A stretch of 64,000 nt of DNA from Candidatus Bathyarchaeia archaeon (GCA_049513715.1 JBEKVV010000004.1:32001-96000), one strand, 5' to 3'; positions 30,259-40,618 are shown, numbered from the stretch's first letter. Translations and numbers: made by a program. The notes: generated from the letters alone by a model not told the origin.

Positions 30259-31218
30259 TCATCCTTGAGTGAGCAGGTAGCTCTTGATGCGCTTCTCATC
30301 TAGGTTAATAATGGCCCCGCGGAGGATTCCTTCTCCGTACTCACTTCCAGGGTTCAAGCAGAGAGTTCGCCCGATTTTCACGAACCCGCGGGATTCGTGT
30401 ATGTGTCCGTGGATGCCTATGAGCGGCTGGTGTTTCTCTATTGCCTGCCTTACTGCGAGACTGCCTACGTGAACCATGCTCACGCTGCCTCCACCACCAC
30501 TAACTTTGGGCTTGAGTGTTTCGTCCAAGTCTGGAGCTAAATCAATTGGAGTGCCGTGCGGGGGGCAATGTAGGTTGAATATGCAGTTCTCCATCCTCTC
30601 AACCTTCGAGAGCATTCGATCCAAGATTTCGGCTAATTTTTCTTCGGTAGTTTCGCGAGGGCTATGCCACGGGGTCGTGTTCGTCCACGCCGTCGTAATC
30701 ATTTCGTGGACATCGTCCACCCGGACAACTTCATCCTCCGGATAGAGAACTATCGGTGATGACTTTAGCATCTCATCGATGTCGAATCGGTCGTCGTTTC
30801 CAGGGCTGATATAACACTTCACTTTGGAGTCTTTCAATCGTTCCTCTGCTATGGTTACCCATCGTTTCACCCCTTGTGCCATGACTTTCGTGAACAGTTC
30901 ATCAACAAGCTTTTTGTCACTTTCAAGTTTCTCCATCTCTGTAGGGTCCGTGAGGTATGGATAGTAGCCACTGTTGCGAATGTTTTTCTCTAAAGCTTCC
31001 CGTTCCTGCTGAGAATGCATCACAACTTTGCTGCCAACGAAATCCGAGGTGAATGAGCCGTCCCGCTGCTCGACTATCGGAACGATCATCTTCCCGGTAA
31101 TGTCGCCCCCAAGAATGATAGCATCCGGCTGATAGTATTTGGCCGCATTCAGAAACTTGAGGAAACAAACCTCAGAGCCGTGAACATCTGAAGTAAAGAA
31201 GAGGCGAGTGTTAGACAT
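30259..31218 (-). CDS. Calcineurin-like metallophosphoesterase (Icc-related)
   Basis: SDVHG, GGD, PGNDD, HCPP, HGHIHE, NPGS. Confidence 0.9.
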   Translation of the reverse strand: MSNTRLFFTSDVHGSEVCFLKFLNAAKYYQPDAIILGGDITGKMIVPIVEQRDGSFTSDFVGSKVVMHSQQEREALEKNIRNSGYYPYLTDPTEMEKLESDKKLVDELFTKVMAQGVKRWVTIAEERLKDSKVKCYISPGNDDRFDIDEMLKSSPIVLYPEDEVVRVDDVHEMITTAWTNTTPWHSPRETTEEKLAEILDRMLSKVERMENCIFNLHCPPHGTPIDLAPDLDETLKPKVSGGGGSVSMVHVGSLAVRQAIEKHQPLIGIHGHIHESRGFVKIGRTLCLNPGSEYGEGILRGAIINLDEKRIKSYLLTQG

Positions 31219-31435
31219 AGGCTCGCCTACAAGATTGAGACATTAATATTTTGACCTTGGTTATCTGTTGCTGGCGGGATGGAACCGAGAGGTAACCAAT
31301 AAGTACGTGACCCATGAAACTACGCATTCATCGAGTCGCTTGGAAATGTTGTCGTCATTGAGGAGAAATTCTTGAAGCGCTTGCCTCTATTTTTCGTTCG
31401 ACCCGCATGCGATTGAGAGTAAATGTGTGTGCGCG

Positions 31436-32248
31436 ATGACAGTATCTGAGAATCACCCACTCGAAGACGCTGGTAAGGAGGCTCTGAGAGTGATTCATGC
31501 GGCTGAGGCGAAGGGCGTACAACTACGACTCCTTGGAGGGTTAGCGATTAAGCTGCGCTGCGAAAGATCGGACGATCGCACTCTAAGTCGAAATTACGCT
31601 GATATCGACTTAGTGGGATATTCGAAGCAACGCAGGAACATCGTACGATTGTTTCCCGAAATCGGTTACAGCCCTCGAGACGTGTTCAACAAACTCCAAG
31701 CAGACCGATTGATCTTCCAAGACCTTGAACACAGAAGGCGGATTGATGTGTTCTTGGATCATATGAAGATGTGCCACAAGCTTGACTTCAAAGGCAGGCT
31801 GCACCTTCATCCAGTAACGATTCCACTGGCCGATCTATTGATGACCAAACTCCAGGTCGTCGAGACAACTGAGCGCGAAATCAAAGACACGATCACGTTG
31901 CTCATCGATCATCCTGTGGGAGAGATAGACGATGGTGATGTCATTAACGGGCGTTATATAGCCCAGGCTTGTGCGAACGATTGGGGAATCTTCAAGACAT
32001 TTACGACGAACATGGAGAAACTCCGGCAGTTTCTGCCCACATACTTGCCCACTAAGGAAGATTCCGACAAAGTTCGAGAGAGATTAGACAAGCTCCGTCA
32101 AATGATTGATGAAGCTCCGAAGAGTAGCAGATGGAAACTGAGGGCTATGGTTGGCGAGAAGAAAACGTGGTACGAGTTACCGGAAGCTGACCGCTCAATC
32201 GTTGAGTCACGGTTTGGGACAGGGCAGAATAGTTCGTCACAAGCATAG
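31436..32248 (+). CDS. Uncharacterised Pol-beta-type nucleotidyltransferase
   Basis: LLGGLA...YADIDL, IDVFLD, LLMTKLQ. Confidence 0.75.
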   Translation: MTVSENHPLEDAGKEALRVIHAAEAKGVQLRLLGGLAIKLRCERSDDRTLSRNYADIDLVGYSKQRRNIVRLFPEIGYSPRDVFNKLQADRLIFQDLEHRRRIDVFLDHMKMCHKLDFKGRLHLHPVTIPLADLLMTKLQVVETTEREIKDTITLLIDHPVGEIDDGDVINGRYIAQACANDWGIFKTFTTNMEKLRQFLPTYLPTKEDSDKVRERLDKLRQMIDEAPKSSRWKLRAMVGEKKTWYELPEADRSIVESRFGTGQNSSSQA

Positions 32249-32447
32249 CGATACGGAGACATCTGAAACACCTGAAGACACTTTCTCATTTTCAACCATC
32301 TTGCGCTGCTCGCTACTCCAAAGAATGAATCTACAATCAATAGATCGGCGCGAAAATCATTCTTGAACAAAGTCATGAGACTCCATATATACGAAGGTTT
32401 TATATCGCGAACGGAGCGAAAACGACAAAGCTGCGAGAGGACGTAGC

Positions 32448-34028
32448 TTGACAAAAGCTCCCGGAGCCAAGTTATTTGTTCGTGAAGCCACTGGACTAGT
32501 TAGACAACTATCGTCGTTTGACGTATTCGTTTGGAGCATAATTTACTTCCCGTGGCTTACCAGTTGGGCAGGCATTTTCTGGGTTACGCCGAGCTACTAT
32601 CAGAACGTGAACTACTATGCAGCGTTGGCTCTCTGGGCTGTCGTGGCAATGGTCATCGTCCTTCTTTACTGGCAGGTTACTGTCGTGATGCCGAGAGCCG
32701 GAGGAGACTACATATTCATTTCACGATCCACGACTGGCATACTCGGTTTTGTCGCAAGTTTTCTATTCCTGATGGGGGTAGTGGCCTCAGCGGGCGGCGG
32801 TTCCTACTGGGCCTTCGCAGAAACCGGAACTCAACTGTCTTTTGCCGGGCAAGTCTTGAATGACCCAAGCATAACAGCATTGGGCACACTGATTACGCCC
32901 TTCACAACAGACAACCCAACATTGCTGTTCGGGATTGGCTTGGTCCTGATGATAGTTGGTGGTATAGCAATCGCCCTGGGAGGAAAGGTCTTCAGAATGA
33001 TCGTCTACTCCTTCTTCGCATATGGACTCCTTGTACTAGGATTCTCAGTTGTTGTATTCCTGACACACTCTCCAGCGAATTTCGCCGCAGCGTACGCCCA
33101 ATATTTCCAAGGAGGCGTTCCCAAAGTATTCTCTGACGCAGCAGCGAAAGGGTATACTCCAGGTACATCGCTTCTCGCTTTGGGCGCTCTCGTGCCAGTT
33201 CTCTTCGTAAGCATCGGGCCATATCCAGTTATGCAGATGGTTGGGGGTGAGGTGAAGAATCCTCGACGCTCTCTTCTCTACGGCTTGGTTCTCGCTGAAG
33301 TTGTGTCGATTCTGGTCTGGTTCGGGTTAACGTACTTGTTTGACAGCGTGGTTGGAATCAGCTTCCTTGAAGCGTGGACGTTAACAGCAGGCGGAGGATT
33401 TTCTACAGTCCCAACAGTCTTCGTCACCTTATTCTATCCAAGCGTTGCAGTGTTGTGGTTCTTATGTATCGGCCTCTTTATCGGAAACATAGGTTGGTCA
33501 TGGCTTGGATTAGTTTTCATGAGTAGGCTCGTGATGTCTTGGTCATTTGACCGTGTGTTCCCATCTGCATTTGCCAATGTCAACGAAAGATTTCATACGC
33601 CACATGTCGCGATCGCGTTGGCATGCATTCTGGCCACCTGCTCAATGTATCTGATTTACTTCACATCTTTCATCACTGCGCAGGTTAACGGAATATTCCT
33701 CTTCTCAATTGTGTGGTTAGTGACCGCCATAAGTGCCATAATCCTACCGTTCCGAAGAAAGAGCTTGTTCGAGTCTTCGGCTGGCCGGTCGAAAATAGGT
33801 GGAGTTCCGGTTATTTCTCTGCTAGGCTTGGTGGGCGCAATCCTGTTCGCCTGGTTAGCATACAACGCGACAACAAACCCTGCTATAGGATCCTTAGCTC
33901 CAAGCGCTCAGCTCTTCGTTGCGGTATTAGTTATTGTTCCAGTAGTAATCTTCGCTGCCTCCTATTACTACAACAAGTCCCGCGGAATAGATCTCAGATT
34001 AGTCGCAGGCGAACTCCCACCCGACTGA
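32448..34028 (+). CDS. APC family amino acid/amine permease
   Basis: FVREATGLVR, MPRAGGDY, GEVKNP, SWSFDRVFP, ELPPD; about 12 TM. Confidence 0.9.
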   Translation: MTKAPGAKLFVREATGLVRQLSSFDVFVWSIIYFPWLTSWAGIFWVTPSYYQNVNYYAALALWAVVAMVIVLLYWQVTVVMPRAGGDYIFISRSTTGILGFVASFLFLMGVVASAGGGSYWAFAETGTQLSFAGQVLNDPSITALGTLITPFTTDNPTLLFGIGLVLMIVGGIAIALGGKVFRMIVYSFFAYGLLVLGFSVVVFLTHSPANFAAAYAQYFQGGVPKVFSDAAAKGYTPGTSLLALGALVPVLFVSIGPYPVMQMVGGEVKNPRRSLLYGLVLAEVVSILVWFGLTYLFDSVVGISFLEAWTLTAGGGFSTVPTVFVTLFYPSVAVLWFLCIGLFIGNIGWSWLGLVFMSRLVMSWSFDRVFPSAFANVNERFHTPHVAIALACILATCSMYLIYFTSFITAQVNGIFLFSIVWLVTAISAIILPFRRKSLFESSAGRSKIGGVPVISLLGLVGAILFAWLAYNATTNPAIGSLAPSAQLFVAVLVIVPVVIFAASYYYNKSRGIDLRLVAGELPPD

Positions 34029-34348
34029 GGTCCAGGAACGGCAAGTCACGCCTGCGATTCGAGCAGCGTTTGGAATAGCGGAAGCTTGGCTCGCATTCAT
34101 CCCTGTTTCACTTGACTGAAAGATCATGGCGGCTTGATGAGTCGCCCAGGGCCTAAACAAGTACTTAGGACACTGGAAAGCGTGCTCGCTTGTGAAGGCT
34201 TCACAGTTACAAAGAGACGAACGAGGATGAGAGCTTCGAGTTGCTGGACCCTGTTCGAAAGCAACATCAGACCAGAAAATCAGAAACAGTCATACTAGCG
34301 CATCTGGGTCGGTTATTCGAAATCGGGGCAAGTGCAAAACATGTTTAC

Positions 34349-34738
34349 TTATATCAGATGGGACGCGGCTTTCATGAAGCGCATCAGGGTTGGATGAGAC
34401 TCCTCGGTGAGTTCTGCGACTCTCATCAGTTTGACGGCGTCGACGATCGATCCATTTATGGTGTATGCGCCAGAAGAGAAACCCTGGTCGAATTTCATTC
34501 TGCCTGTCATGACTTGGAAAAACTTCCCAGAGTCGGAGGTGAACACGAGATCTGGATTGTGGGTTTTACCAGCTCGACACGTAAAGTGGCCATCGACGAT
34601 CTCGATGAAAAATGGATCTTCTCCAGATAGTAGGAACTGGATCTTTCTGTCCCAGCCAATCAATATTGGCTTCACACTAGGGGTTCTATTTGTCATCCAA
34701 TTCAGGAAACGGAACGCCATTCCACATTTGCCGATCAT
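34349..34738 (-). CDS. SCP2 sterol/lipid-binding domain protein
   Basis: IQFLL...FIEIVDG...PDLVF...MTGRM...TINGS pattern. Confidence 0.7.
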   Translation of the reverse strand: MIGKCGMAFRFLNWMTNRTPSVKPILIGWDRKIQFLLSGEDPFFIEIVDGHFTCRAGKTHNPDLVFTSDSGKFFQVMTGRMKFDQGFSSGAYTINGSIVDAVKLMRVAELTEESHPTLMRFMKAASHLI

Positions 34739-34862
34739 CGACGGTTCGTTCTCAATGATGATGTGTTAGCTTACAAGTGTTTCCGGTCGTCAGTTATCCA
34801 GCGTATATAAAATACGTATGAAAGAATAATACGTGTGTGGTGTAGACTTCCGCGCGATTTCC

Positions 34863-36380
34863 TTGTATAAATGCTCATTATGTCAGAAAGAAATCCGTGA
34901 AGGGCAACGTCCTGACTACTCGCCCATAAGAGGAATGGTGCACTATGCATGTCATGTTGGCCTCATAAAGAGTGAAGTACCAACTACAACAGCAAACGAA
35001 ATCTCTAATGTGCCTTGGCTTGAATCACTGAATAAGATCGTGGGACCAGAAAATGTGAAGACCCTTTACTTGGAGCGAGCGTATTATTTCCGGGATCACT
35101 CCACAGATTTTATCGACCTCGCACATGGCCATGTGCCTGATGCTGTGGTACTCCCTACTAACGAAGATGAAGTGTCCCAGTTGGTGGCCTTTGCAGCCAA
35201 AGAAAAGATCGCGATAATTCCGAGAGGGTCGGGAACCGGGTTTATGGGGGGTTCTGTAGCCGTCGGCGGTGGAATAGTTGTGGACCTAACCGGAATGAGC
35301 AGGATTATCGAAATCGACGAACACAATTACCGTGTCACAGCCGAATCCGGAGCGAATATGCAAGCCGTCGAACACGAACTCAACAAGAAAGGTTTGACTC
35401 TTGGCTTTGACCCTGGAAGCATGCCAGCTGTGTCGATAGGCGGCTCTGTCTCCACAGATCAGATTGGTGGGGATGGTTGGTACAGCAATGTGGGGTCAAT
35501 GAGACACAGGGTCATGTGTCTGAGAGTGGTTCTACCCGATGGTGGTGTTGTCAGTACAGGGCGGATGGTAGATCGCTCCTCCTCGACGGTAAATCTAACC
35601 CAACTCTTCCTTGGTGCGGAGGGAGCATTCGGAATCGTTTCTCAAGTCACTCTTAGAGTCTTTCCTCTGCCGGAAACGACTGATTTGCGGGTCGTGGTTT
35701 TTGATAGTTTCCGGCAAGCCGCCGGTGCTACCATGGAAATGATGCGTGTTGGGGTTTGGCCTCCTATACATCATACCGTTGAGGTCGTGAGGCCCGACGA
35801 GTCATCTGACAATAATGTGGTGAACTCCTTCGGAATGCTTGTTCTTGGTTTCGCTGGGTCGAAGGAGGTTGTGGCTGCACAAAGGGAAAGAACGCTATCG
35901 ATATGTGTGTCAAACGGCGGAGTGGACGCGGGTAAGCAAGCAGCGAACGATTACTGGGAACGTCATCATGAAGCTTACCCGGCCAATCTTCCCGGTAACA
36001 AGGTTTACGGGATGGAGGTCGTGTCGCTTCCACTCACCAAAGTGCTCCCAGTTTATGACGAATTCTGCTCCACAATCAGAAAACATGGCATGCAAAGGTA
36101 CGGATCCGGATTTGGGCTATTCCCTACGACGATGTGGGTTGGATATATTTTTGACAATACCGAGGATGGGCTTAAGGTAAAGACGGCTGCCACTGAGGAG
36201 ATGCTGAAGGCAGCCACAGGAGCAGGCGGGACAATTTCTGGGGTCCATGGAGTCGGTTACATCAAGAGAGATTACTCTTCCTTTGAATTCGACAACGACC
36301 AGTTAGCGCTAATACGAAGGTTGAAGAAAGCGCTTGATCCAAACGGAATCATGAACCCTGGGAAGGGCCCCTACGCTTAA
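34863..36380 (+). CDS. FAD-linked oxidoreductase (GlcD/D-lactate dehydrogenase family) with N-terminal CxxC...HxxC finger
   Basis: PRGSGTG, DPGS, GAEGAFGIV, HGVG, DPNGIMNPGK; TTG 34863 preferred. Confidence 0.88.
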   Translation: MYKCSLCQKEIREGQRPDYSPIRGMVHYACHVGLIKSEVPTTTANEISNVPWLESLNKIVGPENVKTLYLERAYYFRDHSTDFIDLAHGHVPDAVVLPTNEDEVSQLVAFAAKEKIAIIPRGSGTGFMGGSVAVGGGIVVDLTGMSRIIEIDEHNYRVTAESGANMQAVEHELNKKGLTLGFDPGSMPAVSIGGSVSTDQIGGDGWYSNVGSMRHRVMCLRVVLPDGGVVSTGRMVDRSSSTVNLTQLFLGAEGAFGIVSQVTLRVFPLPETTDLRVVVFDSFRQAAGATMEMMRVGVWPPIHHTVEVVRPDESSDNNVVNSFGMLVLGFAGSKEVVAAQRERTLSICVSNGGVDAGKQAANDYWERHHEAYPANLPGNKVYGMEVVSLPLTKVLPVYDEFCSTIRKHGMQRYGSGFGLFPTTMWVGYIFDNTEDGLKVKTAATEEMLKAATGAGGTISGVHGVGYIKRDYSSFEFDNDQLALIRRLKKALDPNGIMNPGKGPYA

Positions 36381-36523
36381 TGCCTTTGCAAATCTAATAG
36401 TGCCTTCCTCTCATTTTCTCCTACCAAATGTTCCACCAACATTGACTAGCAATGGCGTATCGGCTTCGGGCAACTCCGAACAGCTTATAGGATTAGTGCG
36501 AGGCAGTCGACTAGCGATTGATT

Positions 36524-37261
36524 ATGTTTGATGGGATTCCAATTGTGGATGCTCACTGTCACATTGGCTATTTTGGCGGATGGGCCAATGTGGGAATTAC
36601 TTCCGAAGAACTGATGGCATTAAACAAGCAATTCAACGTGGTGCACTCGGTGGTGTTCACACAGCCAAACAGTTTGACTGCCGAAGCTGCAAAGAGATAC
36701 CCGCGTAACCTTACTGGTTATGTTTGGCTTAATCCGTTCGATGGAGACAAGGCCATCAGCGAGCTGCACACCGCGGTCAAAGAATGGGGCTGCAAGGGCG
36801 TAAAGCTGCATCCGCTGTTTCAGGCTTTCATCGCTGATGACCCGATAGTTTACCCAATAATGGATGAAGCCAGAAAACTCAAGATTCCTGTTGCCATTCA
36901 CTCTGGTCACCCGCCCTTTTCACTCCCATGGAGCATCGGCGAGTTGGCGGAGGTCTACCCGGACGTTACTGTTGTGATGCTTCATATGGGACACGGCCAC
37001 GGTCTATACATACGGGCAGCAATCAACGCGGCAAAGAGATACCCCAACATAGTTCTGGAGACATCTGGTATGCCAATGCACACCAAGATCAAAGAGGCAA
37101 TGGAGACCGTTGGAGAAGACCGGGTCATGTACGGATGCGATATTCCGTTTCATCATCCCTCCGTTGAACTCCAACGCATCAAGATGGCGGGACTAAATGA
37201 GAATCAGCTTCGAAAGATACTGCATGACAATGCAGTAGAAAAACTCGGTTTAATCTTCTGA
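36524..37261 (+). CDS. Amidohydrolase_2 family metal-dependent hydrolase/decarboxylase
   Basis: DAHCH, GVKLHP, IHSG, HMG, YGCDIP. Confidence 0.88.
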   Translation: MFDGIPIVDAHCHIGYFGGWANVGITSEELMALNKQFNVVHSVVFTQPNSLTAEAAKRYPRNLTGYVWLNPFDGDKAISELHTAVKEWGCKGVKLHPLFQAFIADDPIVYPIMDEARKLKIPVAIHSGHPPFSLPWSIGELAEVYPDVTVVMLHMGHGHGLYIRAAINAAKRYPNIVLETSGMPMHTKIKEAMETVGEDRVMYGCDIPFHHPSVELQRIKMAGLNENQLRKILHDNAVEKLGLIF

Positions 37262-37395
37262 TCAGAACTGTGACCTTAGGCCAGGTTTGTAATTTTCGAC
37301 TCAGCGCCGACTACGTTCAAACCATCTGACGTGGTCGGGAAACTCGCCGAGTCAAGCTGAAATGATGCAATGTAGCAGGTGACTTTGAATCAAGG

Positions 37396-38388
37396 TTATA
37401 TTACCGCAAAACGGCATTCGCAGTGTTTGGAGCATTGCCTTACCAGGTTCTCTCCTGACAAGTAGAGGTCTGTGCTGAAATACCTCTCAGTTCTGTCAGG
37501 TAGTAATGTCACCAGGCTCTTGTTGCGACCAATTTCATTGAGCACATTGATTGAAGCTAGCACGTTCGCTCCTGAGGAGACGCCGACCATCAGACCTAGG
37601 TTTCGTGAAAGTTGTTTCGCCATTTCCACTGCGTCATCGCTCTTGATTGCGACCACTTCGTCTACTTGGTTCATATTCACGATTTCTGGTATGAACCCGT
37701 CTCCGATGCCAGTAATCTTGTGGTCGTGGAGGTCCTTTCTGCCGGAGAGGACAGCTGCTTCTTCCGGTTCCACGGCGACCAAACGAAGTTTCGGGTTTTT
37801 CTCCCTGAGGGCCTTTCCGACGCCCATCAATGTTCCCCCCGTGCCAACGCCTGCCACAAAAGCGTCGATCGATTCAGTTCCCATTTGTTGAAGAATTTCT
37901 TTCCCTGTAGTGTTGTAGTGGGCCATGGTGTTGTCGGGGTTACTGAATTGGTTGGTCAGGAAATAGCGGTGGTCGCTTTCGGCTATCTTCGCGGCCCTTG
38001 CGACGGCTCCTTCAAAACCCTCGGCCTTAGGTGTCAGACAAAGCTCCGCTCCAAGGTTAGTCATTAGGCGGATTCGTTCCCCGGTCATATGTTCGGGCAT
38101 TACGACAAGCATTTTGTAGCCCTTTGCTGCGGCCACCATTGAAAGGGCTATGCCCGTGTTTCCGCTTGTCGCCTCGATGATAGTATAACCCGGTTTCAGA
38201 AGGCCTCGTTTCTCTCCTTGTTCTATCATGTATTTTGCGATGCGGTCCTTCACGCTCCCGCTTGGGTTCATAAATTCTAATTTCGCATGCATTCGACAGG
38301 TCCTGCCTTCAAAGTCTATGTTCAGGATTTGAAGGGGAGTGTTCCCCACGTAATTGAGAACTGATCCTTGCGATGTTAGTGACTTCAC
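37396..38388 (-). CDS. Cysteine synthase family PLP enzyme
   Basis: NPSGSVKDRIA, ATSGNTG, GVGTGGT, GIGDG; Cys-rich C-tail. Confidence 0.88.
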   Translation of the reverse strand: MKSLTSQGSVLNYVGNTPLQILNIDFEGRTCRMHAKLEFMNPSGSVKDRIAKYMIEQGEKRGLLKPGYTIIEATSGNTGIALSMVAAAKGYKMLVVMPEHMTGERIRLMTNLGAELCLTPKAEGFEGAVARAAKIAESDHRYFLTNQFSNPDNTMAHYNTTGKEILQQMGTESIDAFVAGVGTGGTLMGVGKALREKNPKLRLVAVEPEEAAVLSGRKDLHDHKITGIGDGFIPEIVNMNQVDEVVAIKSDDAVEMAKQLSRNLGLMVGVSSGANVLASINVLNEIGRNKSLVTLLPDRTERYFSTDLYLSGENLVRQCSKHCECRFAVI

Positions 38389-38409
38389 GGGGAGGGCCTC
38401 TAGGTTAGG

Positions 38410-39360
38410 TTAGTGCTTCAAGTGTGGAAGGACCTCATCCGCAAACCATTTGATTTGCTTTTCCTGGTTATGAGAACTGAAGCGAATCGCGAAAACACGA
38501 GCTCCCGCATCGTGGAACGCGTTTATGATTTTCACCGCGTCCTTAGGCGACCCGAATGGTCCCCACCGGTCGAGTGGCGGCGCTGCACCATAGTACTTTG
38601 TGAGATAATCAACTGTTTCTGATTTGGCTTTGGATGAGTCATCGTTCAAGTTCATGGTCATGTAGAGCGACGAAATCATTTCTTTCTTCGGAGCGAATGA
38701 CTGAACTTTCGACAATCCTTCTTTGAATTCGTTAGGAAAAACTTCTGCCGACATCCAGCCATCGGTGAATCTAGCGGTTCGTTCGAAGGCTGTGGAGACC
38801 ATTCCACTTGACATTAGGATCTTAGGCCCACCTTCAGTATATGGTTTGGGATCTAGCGTCACATCTTGAAGGCTACAGGTTTTTCCTATGAAATTCACTC
38901 TCTCTTTGCTCCACAGCATCTTCATGACCTTCACGGTCTCATCAGTTCGGCTTATGCGCTGTTTGAAGGGAATGCCGCAACCCTCGAATTCTCTGCGATA
39001 GATTTCCATGGGCCCGCCCACACCAACACCGATTAGCAGCTTCCCAGCGGCAATCAGATCCAAAGTTGCAATCGCGTGCGCAAGAACTACCGGATGCCTT
39101 AGAGCGGGCAGCAGAACCGACATTCCGAGAGTTGATTTTGGACAAACAGCAGCCACCGCGGCCAAGGTTGTGAAAGGATCAAGTCGGGGTTTGGCCAGAA
39201 TACTGTCGCCGACCCAGAGCGAGTTAAACCCAGATTTCTCCGCGAGTTCAGCGAGGTCGAGGATGGTTCGAAAGTCTGGCTTCCCGCCCTTCTGCACGAG
39301 CCCTCTTGTGGGGAGCAAATATCCGTATGATGTTTCGTTATTCATGTCATCGCGTTCCAT
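38410..39360 (-). CDS. Luciferase-like (LLM), probably F420-dependent, oxidoreductase
   Basis: AEKSGFNSLWVGD, LRHPVVLAHAIATLD, GVGVG. Confidence 0.85.
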   Translation of the reverse strand: MERDDMNNETSYGYLLPTRGLVQKGGKPDFRTILDLAELAEKSGFNSLWVGDSILAKPRLDPFTTLAAVAAVCPKSTLGMSVLLPALRHPVVLAHAIATLDLIAAGKLLIGVGVGGPMEIYRREFEGCGIPFKQRISRTDETVKVMKMLWSKERVNFIGKTCSLQDVTLDPKPYTEGGPKILMSSGMVSTAFERTARFTDGWMSAEVFPNEFKEGLSKVQSFAPKKEMISSLYMTMNLNDDSSKAKSETVDYLTKYYGAAPPLDRWGPFGSPKDAVKIINAFHDAGARVFAIRFSSHNQEKQIKWFADEVLPHLKH

Positions 39361-39469
39361 CTTGTTTGATTTAAGTCCACGATATGTACCATAAATAACG
39401 TAAGACGTTCCTTTGAATTAACGAAAACCGAACGAACTTGTTAATAGCGAAGCAGACAACTGAGGCTTT

Positions 39470-40618
39470 ATGATTGAACCTCCTCGCACAATGATGTCGA
39501 CTGGGCCAGTGGAAGTTTCACCCCGAGTTCTCAGGGCACTTGGCACAAGAGTCATTCATCACAGCCGCCCAGAGTTCGGAAAGATATATGAAAAGATGCT
39601 AAGCGATTTGCAGGAAATTTGGAAGACAAAGAACGATATGGTGGTTCTCCACGGTGAAGGAATTATTGGCTTAGAATCCTCAATCGCATGCATGATTAAC
39701 CCGGGGCAGAAAATCATTGTGACCAGCGCGGGTGTCTTCGGTTCTTGGTTCAAGCAATTGATTGAATCACATGAAGGGGTTCCAATAGTTGTTGAAAGTG
39801 ACCCGAGCATGGAGCCAGACTTGGAAAGCGTGAAGACTGTTTTGGATGAGAATCCGGACGCTGCGTTGGTTGTGGGGGTTCACGGTGAAACTGTTGCGGG
39901 CATCGTGAATCCTGTGAACGAGATTTGCAGGTTGGCAAGGAAGAATGGCATTCTGACTGCTATCGATGCCATCGCCACAACTGGGGGGCAGGAGGTTCAG
40001 ACTGATGGATGGAAAATAGACCTGTGCATTGGCGCGAGCCAGCACTGCCTATCTGCACCCCCGGGCCTCACGCAAATCTCAGTTAGCGCGGAGGCGTGGG
40101 AGCAAATGGAGAAGAAGAAAAAGCCGATCAGAAATTCCTACCTGAGTATTCTGGATATGCGAGAAGCTTGGATCAAAGGGCACTACTTCCCCTACACCCC
40201 ATCAGTGTCTGGGGTTTACGCATTAGCCGAGTCATGCGCGGAAATCCTTGATGAAGGGTTAGAGAATGTGTTCCACCGTCACCATGACACTGCAGAAACT
40301 GTAAGGAGAGGCGTTGAGGGGATGGGTTTGAGGCTGTTTGCCGCTGACAAACGCTATGCATTGGACGTCAGCACCACTGTTCGATTGCCAGACGGCATAA
40401 ACGATACAGAATTGCTCGATGCGCTGGTAGCTCGCCATAGCGTTCTGCTTGCTGGTGGATTTAGGGAACTTAAGGGCAAGATCATTCGAATTGGGCATTC
40501 AGGGTACGCAGCTACAATATCCAACGCAATAGCAAGCTTGGCTGCGCTTGAAACCGAGTTCAGGCGGCTTGGGCACAAGTGCGCTCCTGGAAGCGCCGTC
40601 ACTGCCGCCCTATCGTAG
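39470..40618 (+). CDS. Class V aminotransferase-fold protein, pyridoxamine-pyruvate aminotransferase-like, catalytic Lys replaced by His
   Basis: LHGEG, DAIA, GASQHCLSAPPG, FPYTPSVS, RIGH. Confidence 0.8.
   Translation: MIEPPRTMMSTGPVEVSPRVLRALGTRVIHHSRPEFGKIYEKMLSDLQEIWKTKNDMVVLHGEGIIGLESSIACMINPGQKIIVTSAGVFGSWFKQLIESHEGVPIVVESDPSMEPDLESVKTVLDENPDAALVVGVHGETVAGIVNPVNEICRLARKNGILTAIDAIATTGGQEVQTDGWKIDLCIGASQHCLSAPPGLTQISVSAEAWEQMEKKKKPIRNSYLSILDMREAWIKGHYFPYTPSVSGVYALAESCAEILDEGLENVFHRHHDTAETVRRGVEGMGLRLFAADKRYALDVSTTVRLPDGINDTELLDALVARHSVLLAGGFRELKGKIIRIGHSGYAATISNAIASLAALETEFRRLGHKCAPGSAVTAALS

Noticed and set aside
34241..34630. 129-aa plus-strand ORF and other short antisense ORFs in the track
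   Set aside because: Shadow ORFs overlapping better-supported genes, with no recognisable motifs.
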